Positions 1-7,452 of a stretch of 25,892 nt of DNA are shown in pieces. The notes below the pieces were generated by a model. That model searched no databases, had not been told where the DNA came from, and saw only the letters and a list, made by a program, of their open reading frames with translations. The translations under genes and the position numbers were made by a program. Position 1 is the stretch's first letter, and every line of letters starts with the position of its first letter. Origin of the DNA: Vulcanimicrobiales bacterium (GTDB taxonomy: Bacteria > Vulcanimicrobiota > Vulcanimicrobiia > Vulcanimicrobiales > Vulcanimicrobiaceae); assembly GCA_038231455.1 (NCBI GenBank), contig JBBRLI010000032.1:1-25892 (forward strand), written 5' to 3'.

Positions 1-424
1 CTTTTGGGAATTTTAACGTCTTCTCGAAAATTTTGATTGCACGAGAACCGTGCGGATATGAAAATGTATCGTACCTTTTTGATGCACGAAATCTTGGATA
101 TCCTGGCGTATCGCCGCGCAAAGCGCGGCTCATAAATGCAGACATCGCAACGTCAATTTTTTTCAAAACATCGCGCAATGTTTCAGAATACACATCAGAA
201 AGCCAGTGGTTTTCTGATTTTGCTTCGAGATAGCCATCGGTTTGCGAACGGAGATTTGGCCATGCAAAATCTTTGGGTTTGCCGGCAAGTTTATAGCGGC
301 CGTAGGCCGCACGGCGCTCTTCAAGAGCGCCGTTATAAAGAGAGCAGCACGTGCGCAAAATTCGATTGAACACGCGGATCTGAGCCGGATTTGGATAAAT
401 CCGAACTTTCTCAACACGCGTCAA
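1..424 (-). CDS. tnpB: IS200/IS605-family TnpB (RNA-guided nuclease family), N-terminal 141 aa; 3' part beyond window edge
   Basis: Manual translation from TTG at 424 (AAGGAAAG upstream): MTRVEKVRIYPNPAQIRVFNRILRTCCSLYNGALEERRAAY...DVYSETLRDVLKKIDVAMSAFMSRALRGDTPGYPRFRASKRYDTFSYPHG...LKFPK. This shows the RIYPxxxQ/LYNxAL HTH_OrfB pattern and the GYPRF..RY.TF.YP motif. The frame is open to position 2. Confidence 0.9.
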   Translation of the reverse strand, partial: MTRVEKVRIYPNPAQIRVFNRILRTCCSLYNGALEERRAAYGRYKLAGKPKDFAWPNLRSQTDGYLEAKSENHWLSDVYSETLRDVLKKIDVAMSAFMSRALRGDTPGYPRFRASKRYDTFSYPHGSRAIKIFEKTLKFPK

Positions 425-454
425 AGGAGATCTTTCCTTCTTTGGCACGAAAAT

Positions 455-483
455 ATCTTACCATAACGGCGAAATCTTGAAAA
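455..483 (-). promoter_or_regulatory. Putative sigma70 promoter of tnpB
   Basis: Minus strand TTTTCA (483-478), 17-nt spacer, then TAAGAT (460-455) preceded by an extended -10 TGn. Confidence 0.55.
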
Positions 484-529
484 GTGCACGAATTTTGACG
501 ATGAATACGCGTTGAACACACTTCATCCA

Positions 530-592
530 ACTTTTGAAACTTCGTTTTTAGGCTTCAAAAGTCGAAAATTGGGTCGTAAACTTCCTGTTTAC
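530..592. repeat. Two inverted repeats upstream of tnpB (candidate IS200/IS605 left-end hairpins)
   Basis: ACTTTTGAA (530-538)/TTCAAAAGT (554-562) and GTAAAC (576-581)/GTTTAC (587-592). Composition switches to GC-rich at about 593. Confidence 0.5.
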
Positions 593-601
593 TACCGCGG
601 A

Positions 602-946
602 TCAGGCCGCGGTGGTTGGAGGGACGTCCACCCCGCCCGCGACCGAAGCCAACGGTGGGGAAGTCTGTGATGGCGTGGCGGCGCTCTTATAAGCCGCAGT
701 GCCGCGCCAGATGGGCGCGACGATGTTGGTGACGGTCCACGCGATCCAGTGCATTTTCACATAAGCGAGGATCTGCGGAAGATCGCGCGCGCCGTTCGAA
801 ACGGCGTCCGTTAGGATGCCAGCACCAAACGCAACGAACGTGACGCGCAGCGACTTGAGCCCGGCCACGATTGCCGCCGCGACATGCGCGGTATCGACGT
901 CGAGACCGAATGCGACTAACGAAGCGACGTTGAGGATCCACCTCAC
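602..946 (-). CDS. Small membrane protein, holin-like (114 aa)
   Basis: GTG start overlaps the endolysin stop (GTGA). The protein has hydrophobic segments (WILNVASLVAFG, VTFVAFGAGIL, WIAWTVTNIVAPIW) and a Pro/Ser/Thr tail. It lies directly after the lysozyme. Confidence 0.55.
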   Translation of the reverse strand: MRWILNVASLVAFGLDVDTAHVAAAIVAGLKSLRVTFVAFGAGILTDAVSNGARDLPQILAYVKMHWIAWTVTNIVAPIWRGTAAYKSAATPSQTSPPLASVAGGVDVPPTTAA

Positions 947-1503
947 AACACGTCGCTGCCGTTCCCGGTCGGCGAGCACCAGTTGCTCGATCTCATCATC
1001 GCAATGCAGCGTCGCGCGCGATTTCCGGTCTGCGAGATCCACGTGGACGCCGCGAGGTGATCGGCGACCTGACCGTAGAGCTCGTGAGCTTTCGCCGGAT
1101 CGTGCGAAGCATCGACTGCTTCCGCGAGCAGCGCCTTCGTCTGCACGAATCCGCCCCAACCGTCAGGACCGACGCCCATGTTGTAGCTGATGTTGATGAT
1201 GACGAACTTGCGCGCGTCACTGAGGCCCGGGTAGACGCCCGGACGCAGCGACATGCGCGCAGCGTCGACGTACCTCATGAGGTCGCGCTGGAACGCAGCC
1301 ATTACCTCTTCTTGCGTCCAGATCAGACCTTCGTGCACTTCCGGTCCTGTGTGCCCGATGCCAATCGTCCACGGATCTCCGGGGCCGACGCCGGTGCGTG
1401 CACGCGCGCTAAGTGGATCAGCGTACGCAACGAGCTTGTCGCCTTCGTCGATCATGAATCGATGCGCGGTCTCAACGAGAAATTGCGGGAGTGTCATCCC
1501 CAT
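943..1503 (-). CDS. Phage lysozyme/endolysin (GH24, T4-like)
   Basis: DEG..VAYAD...WTIGIGH catalytic E/D/T pattern, SYNMG, and S.W..QT.NRA.R C-terminal motif. Confidence 0.9.
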   Translation of the reverse strand: MGMTLPQFLVETAHRFMIDEGDKLVAYADPLSARARTGVGPGDPWTIGIGHTGPEVHEGLIWTQEEVMAAFQRDLMRYVDAARMSLRPGVYPGLSDARKFVIINISYNMGVGPDGWGGFVQTKALLAEAVDASHDPAKAHELYGQVADHLAASTWISQTGNRARRCIAMMRSSNWCSPTGNGSDVL

Positions 1504-1556
1504 CGGTCATCTCCGCGCCGCAGAACGCGGCAAAGAAAACCCTCGCAGACGAGGGC

Positions 1557-1590
1557 ATGGATATGTATGAGAATTTATGGATATTTATGA
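1557..1590. repeat. AT-rich 14-bp direct repeat between divergent endolysin and integrase
   Basis: ATGGATATGTATGA (1557-1570) and ATGGATATTTATGA (1577-1590), 13/14 identical, 20-bp period. Confidence 0.7.
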
Positions 1591-1622
1591 ACTTGGAGGC
1601 GTAACGAAAAACAGAGCACGCT

Positions 1623-2681
1623 TTGCGATCGCGCCGAGAGCAACGAGCGCAGCTAGGATGCGCGCGGAGATCACAAAGTGGCGATCGAGTGCAGCACCCA
1701 CGCGAGAATACGTTGCACTCGTACGCTGCAATCATCCGGAATCACATCGAGCCGGCACTCGGGCTTCGGCCGCTCCAGAAGATCACATCCGCCGACGTCG
1801 CGATGGCGATCTCCGGCGCCGCCGGAGATCGCACGCGCGAGCTGGCGTTCGTCATCATGCGCAACGCATTCAAGACGGCCGTGCAGTGGGGCCTCATCGT
1901 GCGCAATCCGACCGACGGCGTACCGAAGCCGCGCGTCGTGAAGAAAGACCAGCACTTCCTCACACAACCCGAAGTGATCGCGTTCCTCGCCGCGGCGCGC
2001 AGCGATCGGCTGTACGCGCTCTACCTGCTCTTCATCTTCACGGGGATCCGGCCGGGTGAGCTGTACGGGCTCCAGTGGGACAGCGTAGATCTCGCAGGCG
2101 GTTCGATTCGGATTACGCGCACGCTGAACGCGCGCACGCGCAAGCTCGGCCCGCCGAAGCGTCAGAAAAGCAAACGCACCATCAGTATCTCCGGCCGGAT
2201 CGTCGCCGAGCTACGCGCGCATCGGAAGCGCATGCTCATCGAAGGGACGCCGCACGGCTACGTCTTCGTCGACACTGAGGGGCACCCGCTGCGCGAGAGC
2301 AACGTGACGCGCCGCTCGTATAAGCCGCTGCTCAAAGCGGCCGGCCTGCCGTCGACCGTGCGCATGTACGATCTGCGCCACACGGCCGCGTCGCTCGCGA
2401 TCGCGGCGAACATCCATTCGAAGGTCATGTCCGAACGCTTCGGCCACGCATCTTCGAAATACACCGAAGACGTCTACGGCCACATCATGCCCAACCTCCA
2501 AGCGGAAGCCGCCCTTGCGCTCGATCATTTCTCCCCGACGAGGATCCTATTGTGGTCAGCTTTGTCGCAAACGGCGGGTCGCAACCGAGAAAATAACGAC
2601 TCGGAAAATAAGAAAAACCCTTATGCTATAAGGGTTTTCGAACTGGAGCCGACGAGCGGATTTGAACCGCTGACCTGCTGA
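1623..2681 (+). CDS. Tyrosine recombinase/phage integrase, apparently lacking N-terminal arm-binding domain; start uncertain (alternative GTG 1689)
   Basis: Core-binding start RENTLHSY..IIRNHIEPALG; catalytic TGIRPGEL, PK, YDLRHT, RFGH and DVYGH motifs. Confidence 0.88.
   Translation: MRSRREQRAQLGCARRSQSGDRVQHPRENTLHSYAAIIRNHIEPALGLRPLQKITSADVAMAISGAAGDRTRELAFVIMRNAFKTAVQWGLIVRNPTDGVPKPRVVKKDQHFLTQPEVIAFLAAARSDRLYALYLLFIFTGIRPGELYGLQWDSVDLAGGSIRITRTLNARTRKLGPPKRQKSKRTISISGRIVAELRAHRKRMLIEGTPHGYVFVDTEGHPLRESNVTRRSYKPLLKAAGLPSTVRMYDLRHTAASLAIAANIHSKVMSERFGHASSKYTEDVYGHIMPNLQAEAALALDHFSPTRILLWSALSQTAGRNRENNDSENKKNPYAIRVFELEPTSGFEPLTC
2606..2638 (-). terminator. Intrinsic terminator downstream of tRNA-Thr (possibly bidirectional)
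   Basis: Perfect 11-bp inverted repeat AAAACCCTTAT (2614-2624)/ATAAGGGTTTT (2628-2638). The minus strand runs on into TTTTTCTTATTTT. Confidence 0.8.
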
Positions 2682-2719
2682 TTACGAATCAGCTGCTCTA
2701 CCAACTGAGCTACGTCGGC
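2644..2719 (-). tRNA. tRNA-Thr (anticodon CGT), 76 nt with encoded CCA; probable integration site
   Basis: GCCGACG TA GCTC AGTTGGTA GAGC A GCTGA TTCGTAA TCAGC AGGTC AGCGG TTCAAAT CCGCT CGTCGGC T CCA forms a full cloverleaf. Confidence 0.98.
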
Positions 2720-2794
2720 CCGGAGGGACACATTTGGGCCGTCCAGCGGGTTCGCGATTGCCCGGAGCCACCCTGCCCAGTCGGAAGCGTTGCC

Positions 2795-3451
2795 CTATGG
2801 CCGGTAAAAGGCTTTACTATCGTGGGCGTCTCGCGCCAGACGCGGCTTCAGGGGAAGGGCGCGCCGCGCCTCGACCGCAGCGCCGAGCACGTCGTAGGTG
2901 CTGTCGTGGAGCCGCACGGGATCCAGTGTAATCCGCGTGACTCCCGGGTCAGCAAAGATGACGCAGAGTCGCTCGATTAGATGTGCGAGCATGCGCGTGG
3001 ACTTTGCATCGTGAGCGATCCCATGCTTGGCATGAAAATCATCCAGCATCGTTTCGGCCTGAAGCGATTCGATCGGGACAAGCCGATGGACGCGATGCGA
3101 CCCGCTGCGCAATTCGACGATGCGCCCGAGCTCCTCATCGTTACGGCACTCGATCGCGATGTCGGTACCCGACGAGATCGAGCGCTGAGCGAGCACGTGA
3201 CCCGTGGCAAATGTATCCGCCTGCGGTTCGTAGCTCTTGAATGCATGGCGAATCGCATCGGTTGTCTGAAGAGCGTTGCCAGTAGCAGTCGGCGTGGCCA
3301 AGCTACCGGAGAGAACGACGCGTAAGACGATCGGGCGGCCATCGGCGAAGAATACGGCGTCCTCCGGACTCTCGACGTAGCGGGCGCGCGCAACGCGGAT
3401 GCCCGCTTCGCGCAAAAGTTCGAGCGCGTCGATTGGATCCATGATCATCAA
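2795..3451 (-). CDS. Stand-alone ATP-grasp domain protein resembling acetate-CoA ligase (ADP-forming) beta-type domain, divergent
   Basis: ALELLREAGI.VA....V.SPEDAV..A..PIVL start, D.ELG, and I.LDPV motifs. The start may be ATG 3442. Confidence 0.65.
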   Translation of the reverse strand: MMIMDPIDALELLREAGIRVARARYVESPEDAVFFADGRPIVLRVVLSGSLATPTATGNALQTTDAIRHAFKSYEPQADTFATGHVLAQRSISSGTDIAIECRNDEELGRIVELRSGSHRVHRLVPIESLQAETMLDDFHAKHGIAHDAKSTRMLAHLIERLCVIFADPGVTRITLDPVRLHDSTYDVLGAAVEARRALPLKPRLARDAHDSKAFYRP

Positions 3452-4395
3452 ACGGGCTCCAGGGCCCGCGTTTTCGATGCGGCGATCGGCTCACGCTCCA
3501 TTCGCACCACGAGCACCGGAACGACACTCGTGCGAACGAGTTCCTCTGCGACACTGCCGACGAAAAACCGGCGCAATCCGCGTCGACCGTGGCTGCCGAT
3601 CACGATCAGGTCGGCATCGATTTCCTCGGCGGATTTCAGAATCTCTTCAACGACTTTGCCTTCGGCGACGAACGTCGTCGCGCTCAGGCCACGGTCGATC
3701 GCGCGTCGGAGCGGTCGGTCGAGCAGATTGTCGGCGGCGGCGTTGACTTCTTCGATATAGGGGCGCGGATCGTAGCCGAACGCCGAGGCTTTGCCAAATA
3801 ACGCGTCGGTCTGCACGACGGTGCAGAAGTTGAGCTTCGTGCGTTCGTTCTCGCCGAGCGCAATTGCCATGGCGATCGCCGCATCTGCCGGATCGGAATC
3901 ATCGATCGCTATGAGCGCGTTGACGAACGCACCCGTCATCGACGGCGCATGCGCCGCCCCGCGCAGCGTGATGACCGGGATGGAACACGAGCGAAGAATT
4001 CCTTCGGCCGTACTACCTAAAAAGAGATGATTGAGTCCGGTGCGGCCGTGCGTTCCCATGATGATAACGCTTGCGTTGCGATCTTGTGCCGTGCGCGTGA
4101 CCGCCGAGACGGGGTCGTCGAAGACGAGTTGCGTCGTGATTCGCACGTTGGCCGTCTTCGCTTTTGCGAGCGCATCGGCGAGAATCGCTTCCCCTTGCAA
4201 TTTGAGTGCGTCGATGAGCGGCGTCGGATTGTAGGGATAGACGAGTCCCGCTGAGGGGACGATGACGCCGCGCGTATCGACCGCATGCAGACACACGATC
4301 TCGCGCTCTGCTTCGCGTCCGAGTCCAAGCGCGATGCCGAGTGCGGCATCCGAGAGGGGCGAGCCGTCGAGCGGCACCACGATATGCTCAAACAT
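3448..4395 (-). CDS. Universal stress protein, tandem USP domains
   Basis: IVVPLDGS, MGTHGRTGL..LFLGSTAE, IGSHGRRGL.RFFVGSVAE..PVLVV. Confidence 0.95.
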   Translation of the reverse strand: MFEHIVVPLDGSPLSDAALGIALGLGREAEREIVCLHAVDTRGVIVPSAGLVYPYNPTPLIDALKLQGEAILADALAKAKTANVRITTQLVFDDPVSAVTRTAQDRNASVIIMGTHGRTGLNHLFLGSTAEGILRSCSIPVITLRGAAHAPSMTGAFVNALIAIDDSDPADAAIAMAIALGENERTKLNFCTVVQTDALFGKASAFGYDPRPYIEEVNAAADNLLDRPLRRAIDRGLSATTFVAEGKVVEEILKSAEEIDADLIVIGSHGRRGLRRFFVGSVAEELVRTSVVPVLVVRMEREPIAASKTRALEPV

Positions 4396-4401
4396 GTACC
4401 G

Positions 4402-4444
4402 AGCATAAGGAGCGCGTTTGAACCTCGTGTGAAGGTCCTAAGAA
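4402..4444 (-). promoter_or_regulatory. Promoter with three 11-bp-period TTCnnA repeats; leaderless
   Basis: Minus strand TTCTTA-N5-TTCACA-N5-TTCAAA-N9-TATGCT-N6-ATG. Confidence 0.7.
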
Positions 4445-4449
4445 CGCCC

Positions 4450-4965
4450 TTAGGTGTGCGAGGGAGTCGGGACCGAGCGCTTCGGCGCAACATCATAGTA
4501 GGGCGTCGTCGGCTCCTTCGCGGGGGAGACCATGAGCGGCGCCGGCACACCAGCACGGCCAAGCGAGCGCACGAAACGGTAGATCGAGCGGAGCTGGTCG
4601 GTGTCGAGCGCGCGCAGGTTGTGCCAGGTCATCGGTGGATGACCGCCACGCGTACGCACCATCGACAGCCACTGATCCTCGCCAATCATTTGAAATTCCA
4701 GGCGCACGTTTGCCGGGTAGACCGTGCCCCACGGACCGCGGAAGCCGATTTCGCTACCGGTCATCCACTGCGCGACCGGAATCGTCGCATCGGACTCGCG
4801 CCAGCCCGGCGTATGGCAATCGTTACAGCCACCAAATGCAACGAGCGTGCGCCCGCGCGAGAGGTCGCCGGGTGCCGGAAGCGGCGAACTCCCGACACGC
4901 TGAACGAGGCCGGATGCGAGGACCGCTGCGATAGCGCCCACGGTGAAAATACGCACGTATTTCAT
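4450..4965 (-). CDS. Exported monoheme cytochrome c
   Basis: Signal-like N-terminus, GGCNDCHTPG, GPWGTVYPANVR, and PPMTW (axial Met candidate). Confidence 0.88.
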   Translation of the reverse strand: MKYVRIFTVGAIAAVLASGLVQRVGSSPLPAPGDLSRGRTLVAFGGCNDCHTPGWRESDATIPVAQWMTGSEIGFRGPWGTVYPANVRLEFQMIGEDQWLSMVRTRGGHPPMTWHNLRALDTDQLRSIYRFVRSLGRAGVPAPLMVSPAKEPTTPYYDVAPKRSVPTPSHT

Positions 4966-4974
4966 CGATCTATC

Positions 4975-5841
4975 CTACCAGAATCGTAAGCGCTTGCGCG
5001 CGGCGCGGTGCCACGCGCGCCGCCACGACTGGCGCGCACGTGACGCTTGCGTGAGATCGACGCCGGCAATTTCTCCCGCGACGAACGCGGCGGCATCCGA
5101 GCTACCCGCGCGAATGCGAAGTTGCTCGCGCTCGACGACCAAGTCGTGCACGTCGCCCAGGATCTCTTGCAGTTGGGTGATGCGTTCGATCACCGGCGAT
5201 GCCCGTTTGCTTGCGAACGGAGCGACCACCTCGAGCGCGTATCGAACCCGGCGAACGCGGATGCGTATGCGGTGCAGGTCGGCGTCGGTTGGATGATCGC
5301 CCAATCGCGCCACGTCGCTTTTGAGGCGCCGCCATGGCCTGCGGATCAGTCCTACGAGTTGCTTTCGGCCGACGTCGAAGGCCTCGGGCGTTGTCGGCGG
5401 ATGCACGCCTGCATCGCGCACGCGTTCGAGGAGTCGCGCATAACGATCTCCATTCATCTCGACCAAGAGCGCGTCGTATGCGATCTTGCGTCGCTCGCGC
5501 ATCGGCTCGACAACCGCAGCGAGTGCAGCGCGGTCCTCGAGCGGTAAACGATTGGCGAATGTCTCGATGTGGCCGAGCACGACATCAGCATCGCGAACGG
5601 AACCCAGATGTTCGCCGAGCCAGCCGAGTTCTTCGAGCAGCACGCGCGTCCACGCCGGCTCGAGCAAGTCGCGAAACGTACGCAGTGCCGAACGCAGCCG
5701 TCGCGTAGCGACGCGCGCTTGATGCACCGACTCGACCGCGCCGGTGTTCCGAACCAACGCTTCATTTTTGCACAGCGCGTCGACGGAAGCTGCAAACGTC
5801 GTCAGAATGACCTCGAGCGCCACGGTTCTGCGCACGCTCAC
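4975..5841 (-). CDS. CHAD domain protein (polyphosphate-binding family)
   Basis: ESVHQARVATRRLRSAL, LG.VRD.DV, LHRIRIRVRRVRY, LQEILGDVHD. Confidence 0.93.
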   Translation of the reverse strand: MSVRRTVALEVILTTFAASVDALCKNEALVRNTGAVESVHQARVATRRLRSALRTFRDLLEPAWTRVLLEELGWLGEHLGSVRDADVVLGHIETFANRLPLEDRAALAAVVEPMRERRKIAYDALLVEMNGDRYARLLERVRDAGVHPPTTPEAFDVGRKQLVGLIRRPWRRLKSDVARLGDHPTDADLHRIRIRVRRVRYALEVVAPFASKRASPVIERITQLQEILGDVHDLVVEREQLRIRAGSSDAAAFVAGEIAGVDLTQASRARQSWRRAWHRAARKRLRFW

Positions 5842-6299
5842 GATTCAAGACTCCGGGCAAACCGGCCCCGCTTTTTCTCGATACGGATACGATAGGCGAT
5901 CCCAGGCGCCTTGAGACGGGCGACGTGGGTCTTTGCTGCTGCACCCGGTTGCGATCCGGCGAGCGCGACAATCGCGTGTCGTGCCGAGAGCAGCTTCAAC
6001 GCATCAAAGGCCGCCTCACCGCCGAGTTGTTCGAAGGTTCCCATCGCGATGACCGACCACCAATCCGCTACATCGACGATTCGATCGACCTCCACGCACA
6101 CGCGTGGCGATGCGCGCATTCCCTCGAGCTTCGAACCGTCGGCGCTATACGCGAAAAACGACGTTCCGTCGTACGCGTACGAAACGGGCACGATCGACGG
6201 CGCACCGCGGCGGTCAACGTACGCGATGCGTGCGATGATTTCTTCCCGCAAGAGCCGTTCGATCGACTCGTCGTCGAGATCGCCGAACATCGGGTTCAT
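5838..6299 (-). CDS. Pyridoxamine 5'-phosphate oxidase-like (split-barrel flavin-binding) protein
   Basis: IVPVSYAYDG, GSKLE.MR.SPRVCVEVD, W.SVIA.G.F. Confidence 0.9.
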   Translation of the reverse strand: MNPMFGDLDDESIERLLREEIIARIAYVDRRGAPSIVPVSYAYDGTSFFAYSADGSKLEGMRASPRVCVEVDRIVDVADWWSVIAMGTFEQLGGEAAFDALKLLSARHAIVALAGSQPGAAAKTHVARLKAPGIAYRIRIEKKRGRFARSLES

Positions 6300-7219
6300 A
6301 CGGATAACGCTACGGTCGCGATGCGTTCCTCACCGCCAAGATCGATCCGGAAGGGAGGATAGTCATCGTACATCAACGCGACGTAGCCGATGACACGAAA
6401 GAGCCAACGGTTGAGACCGACGAGTAAGTCGAAGAGTCCGCGCGGATACCGACCCGTGAAGAGCAGAGCGTAGCCCACAATGCACGCGAGCAGCGGAACA
6501 AGCCCGCCCGTGAGGTGCGCGCCGCTAACACCGCTCGGTGCCGGTCCGCAGAAGATCCCAATGATCAAGTAGTGCGGAAGCGCCAGCAGCCACCATTTGA
6601 CCAGCACGAGCCGGCGCGAGAGCGCATGCGGAAACGCAACGCTTAGATGGGCCGGATAGTCCGCATCGCCAAGCGTAAATGGCGGGTAGCGGTCCGTTGA
6701 GAGTGTTCCGTAGGAGTAGACCGCGACACGCCAACTCCAGCGCATGATCCCAACGTTCGTCGCAAAAATCGCTTGTGGATAGCGCCCGCTGCCGAGAATG
6801 CTGACAAATGCGGCGACGGTGAGGATCCAAAACGCCAGCCACAAGAACGCGAGAACGACGAAGTGTGGGATCGCAAGGATCCACTTGATGAGCCACAGCC
6901 AGCGCCCGAGCGGTTCGTCGAGCTGCGCGCGCAGTCCGAGCGGATACGTGTCGGTGTCCGAGGTGCCGTTTTCGCTTGCCGGACGCGTACCGGCGTAGAG
7001 CACAAGTGCGATACCGCCAATCGTGCCGAGCGTCCCAAGAATGGCAAGCACCACGGCGGCAAATGCCGTCCACCCCGCCTCGGCCATCACAAGAAAGCCA
7101 TTGGGATCGGGCCATGCAACGAGGCGGCTTACGATTGCTGATTGCAGTAACCAAACGCCGCCGATGAGGGTCAACGCCGCACCGATGACGAGCATCACGA
7201 TCTTCACGCGTTCGCTCAC
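6296..7219 (-). CDS. DUF4389-type membrane protein (two repeats)
   Basis: Duplicated R.L.L.KW.LA.PH...GRYP..F....G..RW..RV..Y.....D.YPPF units. Confidence 0.85.
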   Translation of the reverse strand: MSERVKIVMLVIGAALTLIGGVWLLQSAIVSRLVAWPDPNGFLVMAEAGWTAFAAVVLAILGTLGTIGGIALVLYAGTRPASENGTSDTDTYPLGLRAQLDEPLGRWLWLIKWILAIPHFVVLAFLWLAFWILTVAAFVSILGSGRYPQAIFATNVGIMRWSWRVAVYSYGTLSTDRYPPFTLGDADYPAHLSVAFPHALSRRLVLVKWWLLALPHYLIIGIFCGPAPSGVSGAHLTGGLVPLLACIVGYALLFTGRYPRGLFDLLVGLNRWLFRVIGYVALMYDDYPPFRIDLGGEERIATVALSV

Positions 7220-7221
7220 GA

Positions 7222-7452
7222 TCAGCCTTTCGTGTGCTTATTACCGCCGTGCAATTCGGCGTGAATCTTCGCGGCGTCCGACATGAATTGCCCCGCGTGT
7301 TGCATGTGCGCCTGAGCGAGCAGCGCATAGTGCGCTGCTTGCGCGTGATCGCCGCGCGCGTACCGCTCGGCAGCAAGCTCGTGAAAGTCTGCTGCGGAGC
7401 GATGGTAGGCGGCAGCATTCGTGTGGAGTTCGATTGCTTTGTGCGTTGCCAT
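7222..7452 (-). CDS. Small His/Ala-rich helical protein, putative metal binding
   Basis: 76 aa with regularly spaced His (H..AA..H..AA..H..AA). One-nt TAATG overlap with the upstream gene. Confidence 0.75.
   Translation of the reverse strand: MATHKAIELHTNAAAYHRSAADFHELAAERYARGDHAQAAHYALLAQAHMQHAGQFMSDAAKIHAELHGGNKHTKG

Larger units (their letters stand above)
1..2688. mobile_element. Right end of a (probably defective) prophage/integrative element inserted at tRNA-Thr; left boundary outside window
   Basis: Endolysin, holin-like gene and tyrosine integrase abut the 3' end of a tRNA gene. The second att copy is not in the window. Confidence 0.8.

Noticed and set aside
33-466. Short ORF-track calls in 33-466
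   Set aside because: These are shadows of the tnpB frame (424 to <1), which has clear family motifs.
947-1159. N-terminal extension of the 602-1159 ORF
   Set aside because: It overlaps the endolysin in another frame. GTG 946 coupled to the endolysin stop is the better start.
1577-2059. ORF 1577-2059 as a frameshifted integrase N-terminus or excisionase
   Set aside because: It has no arm-binding or HTH motif, and beyond about 1700 it is an off-frame shadow of int.
2365-2382. YDLRH instead of HxLRH as evidence of a dead integrase
   Set aside because: His-to-Tyr at this position occurs in tyrosine recombinases, and the other catalytic residues are present.
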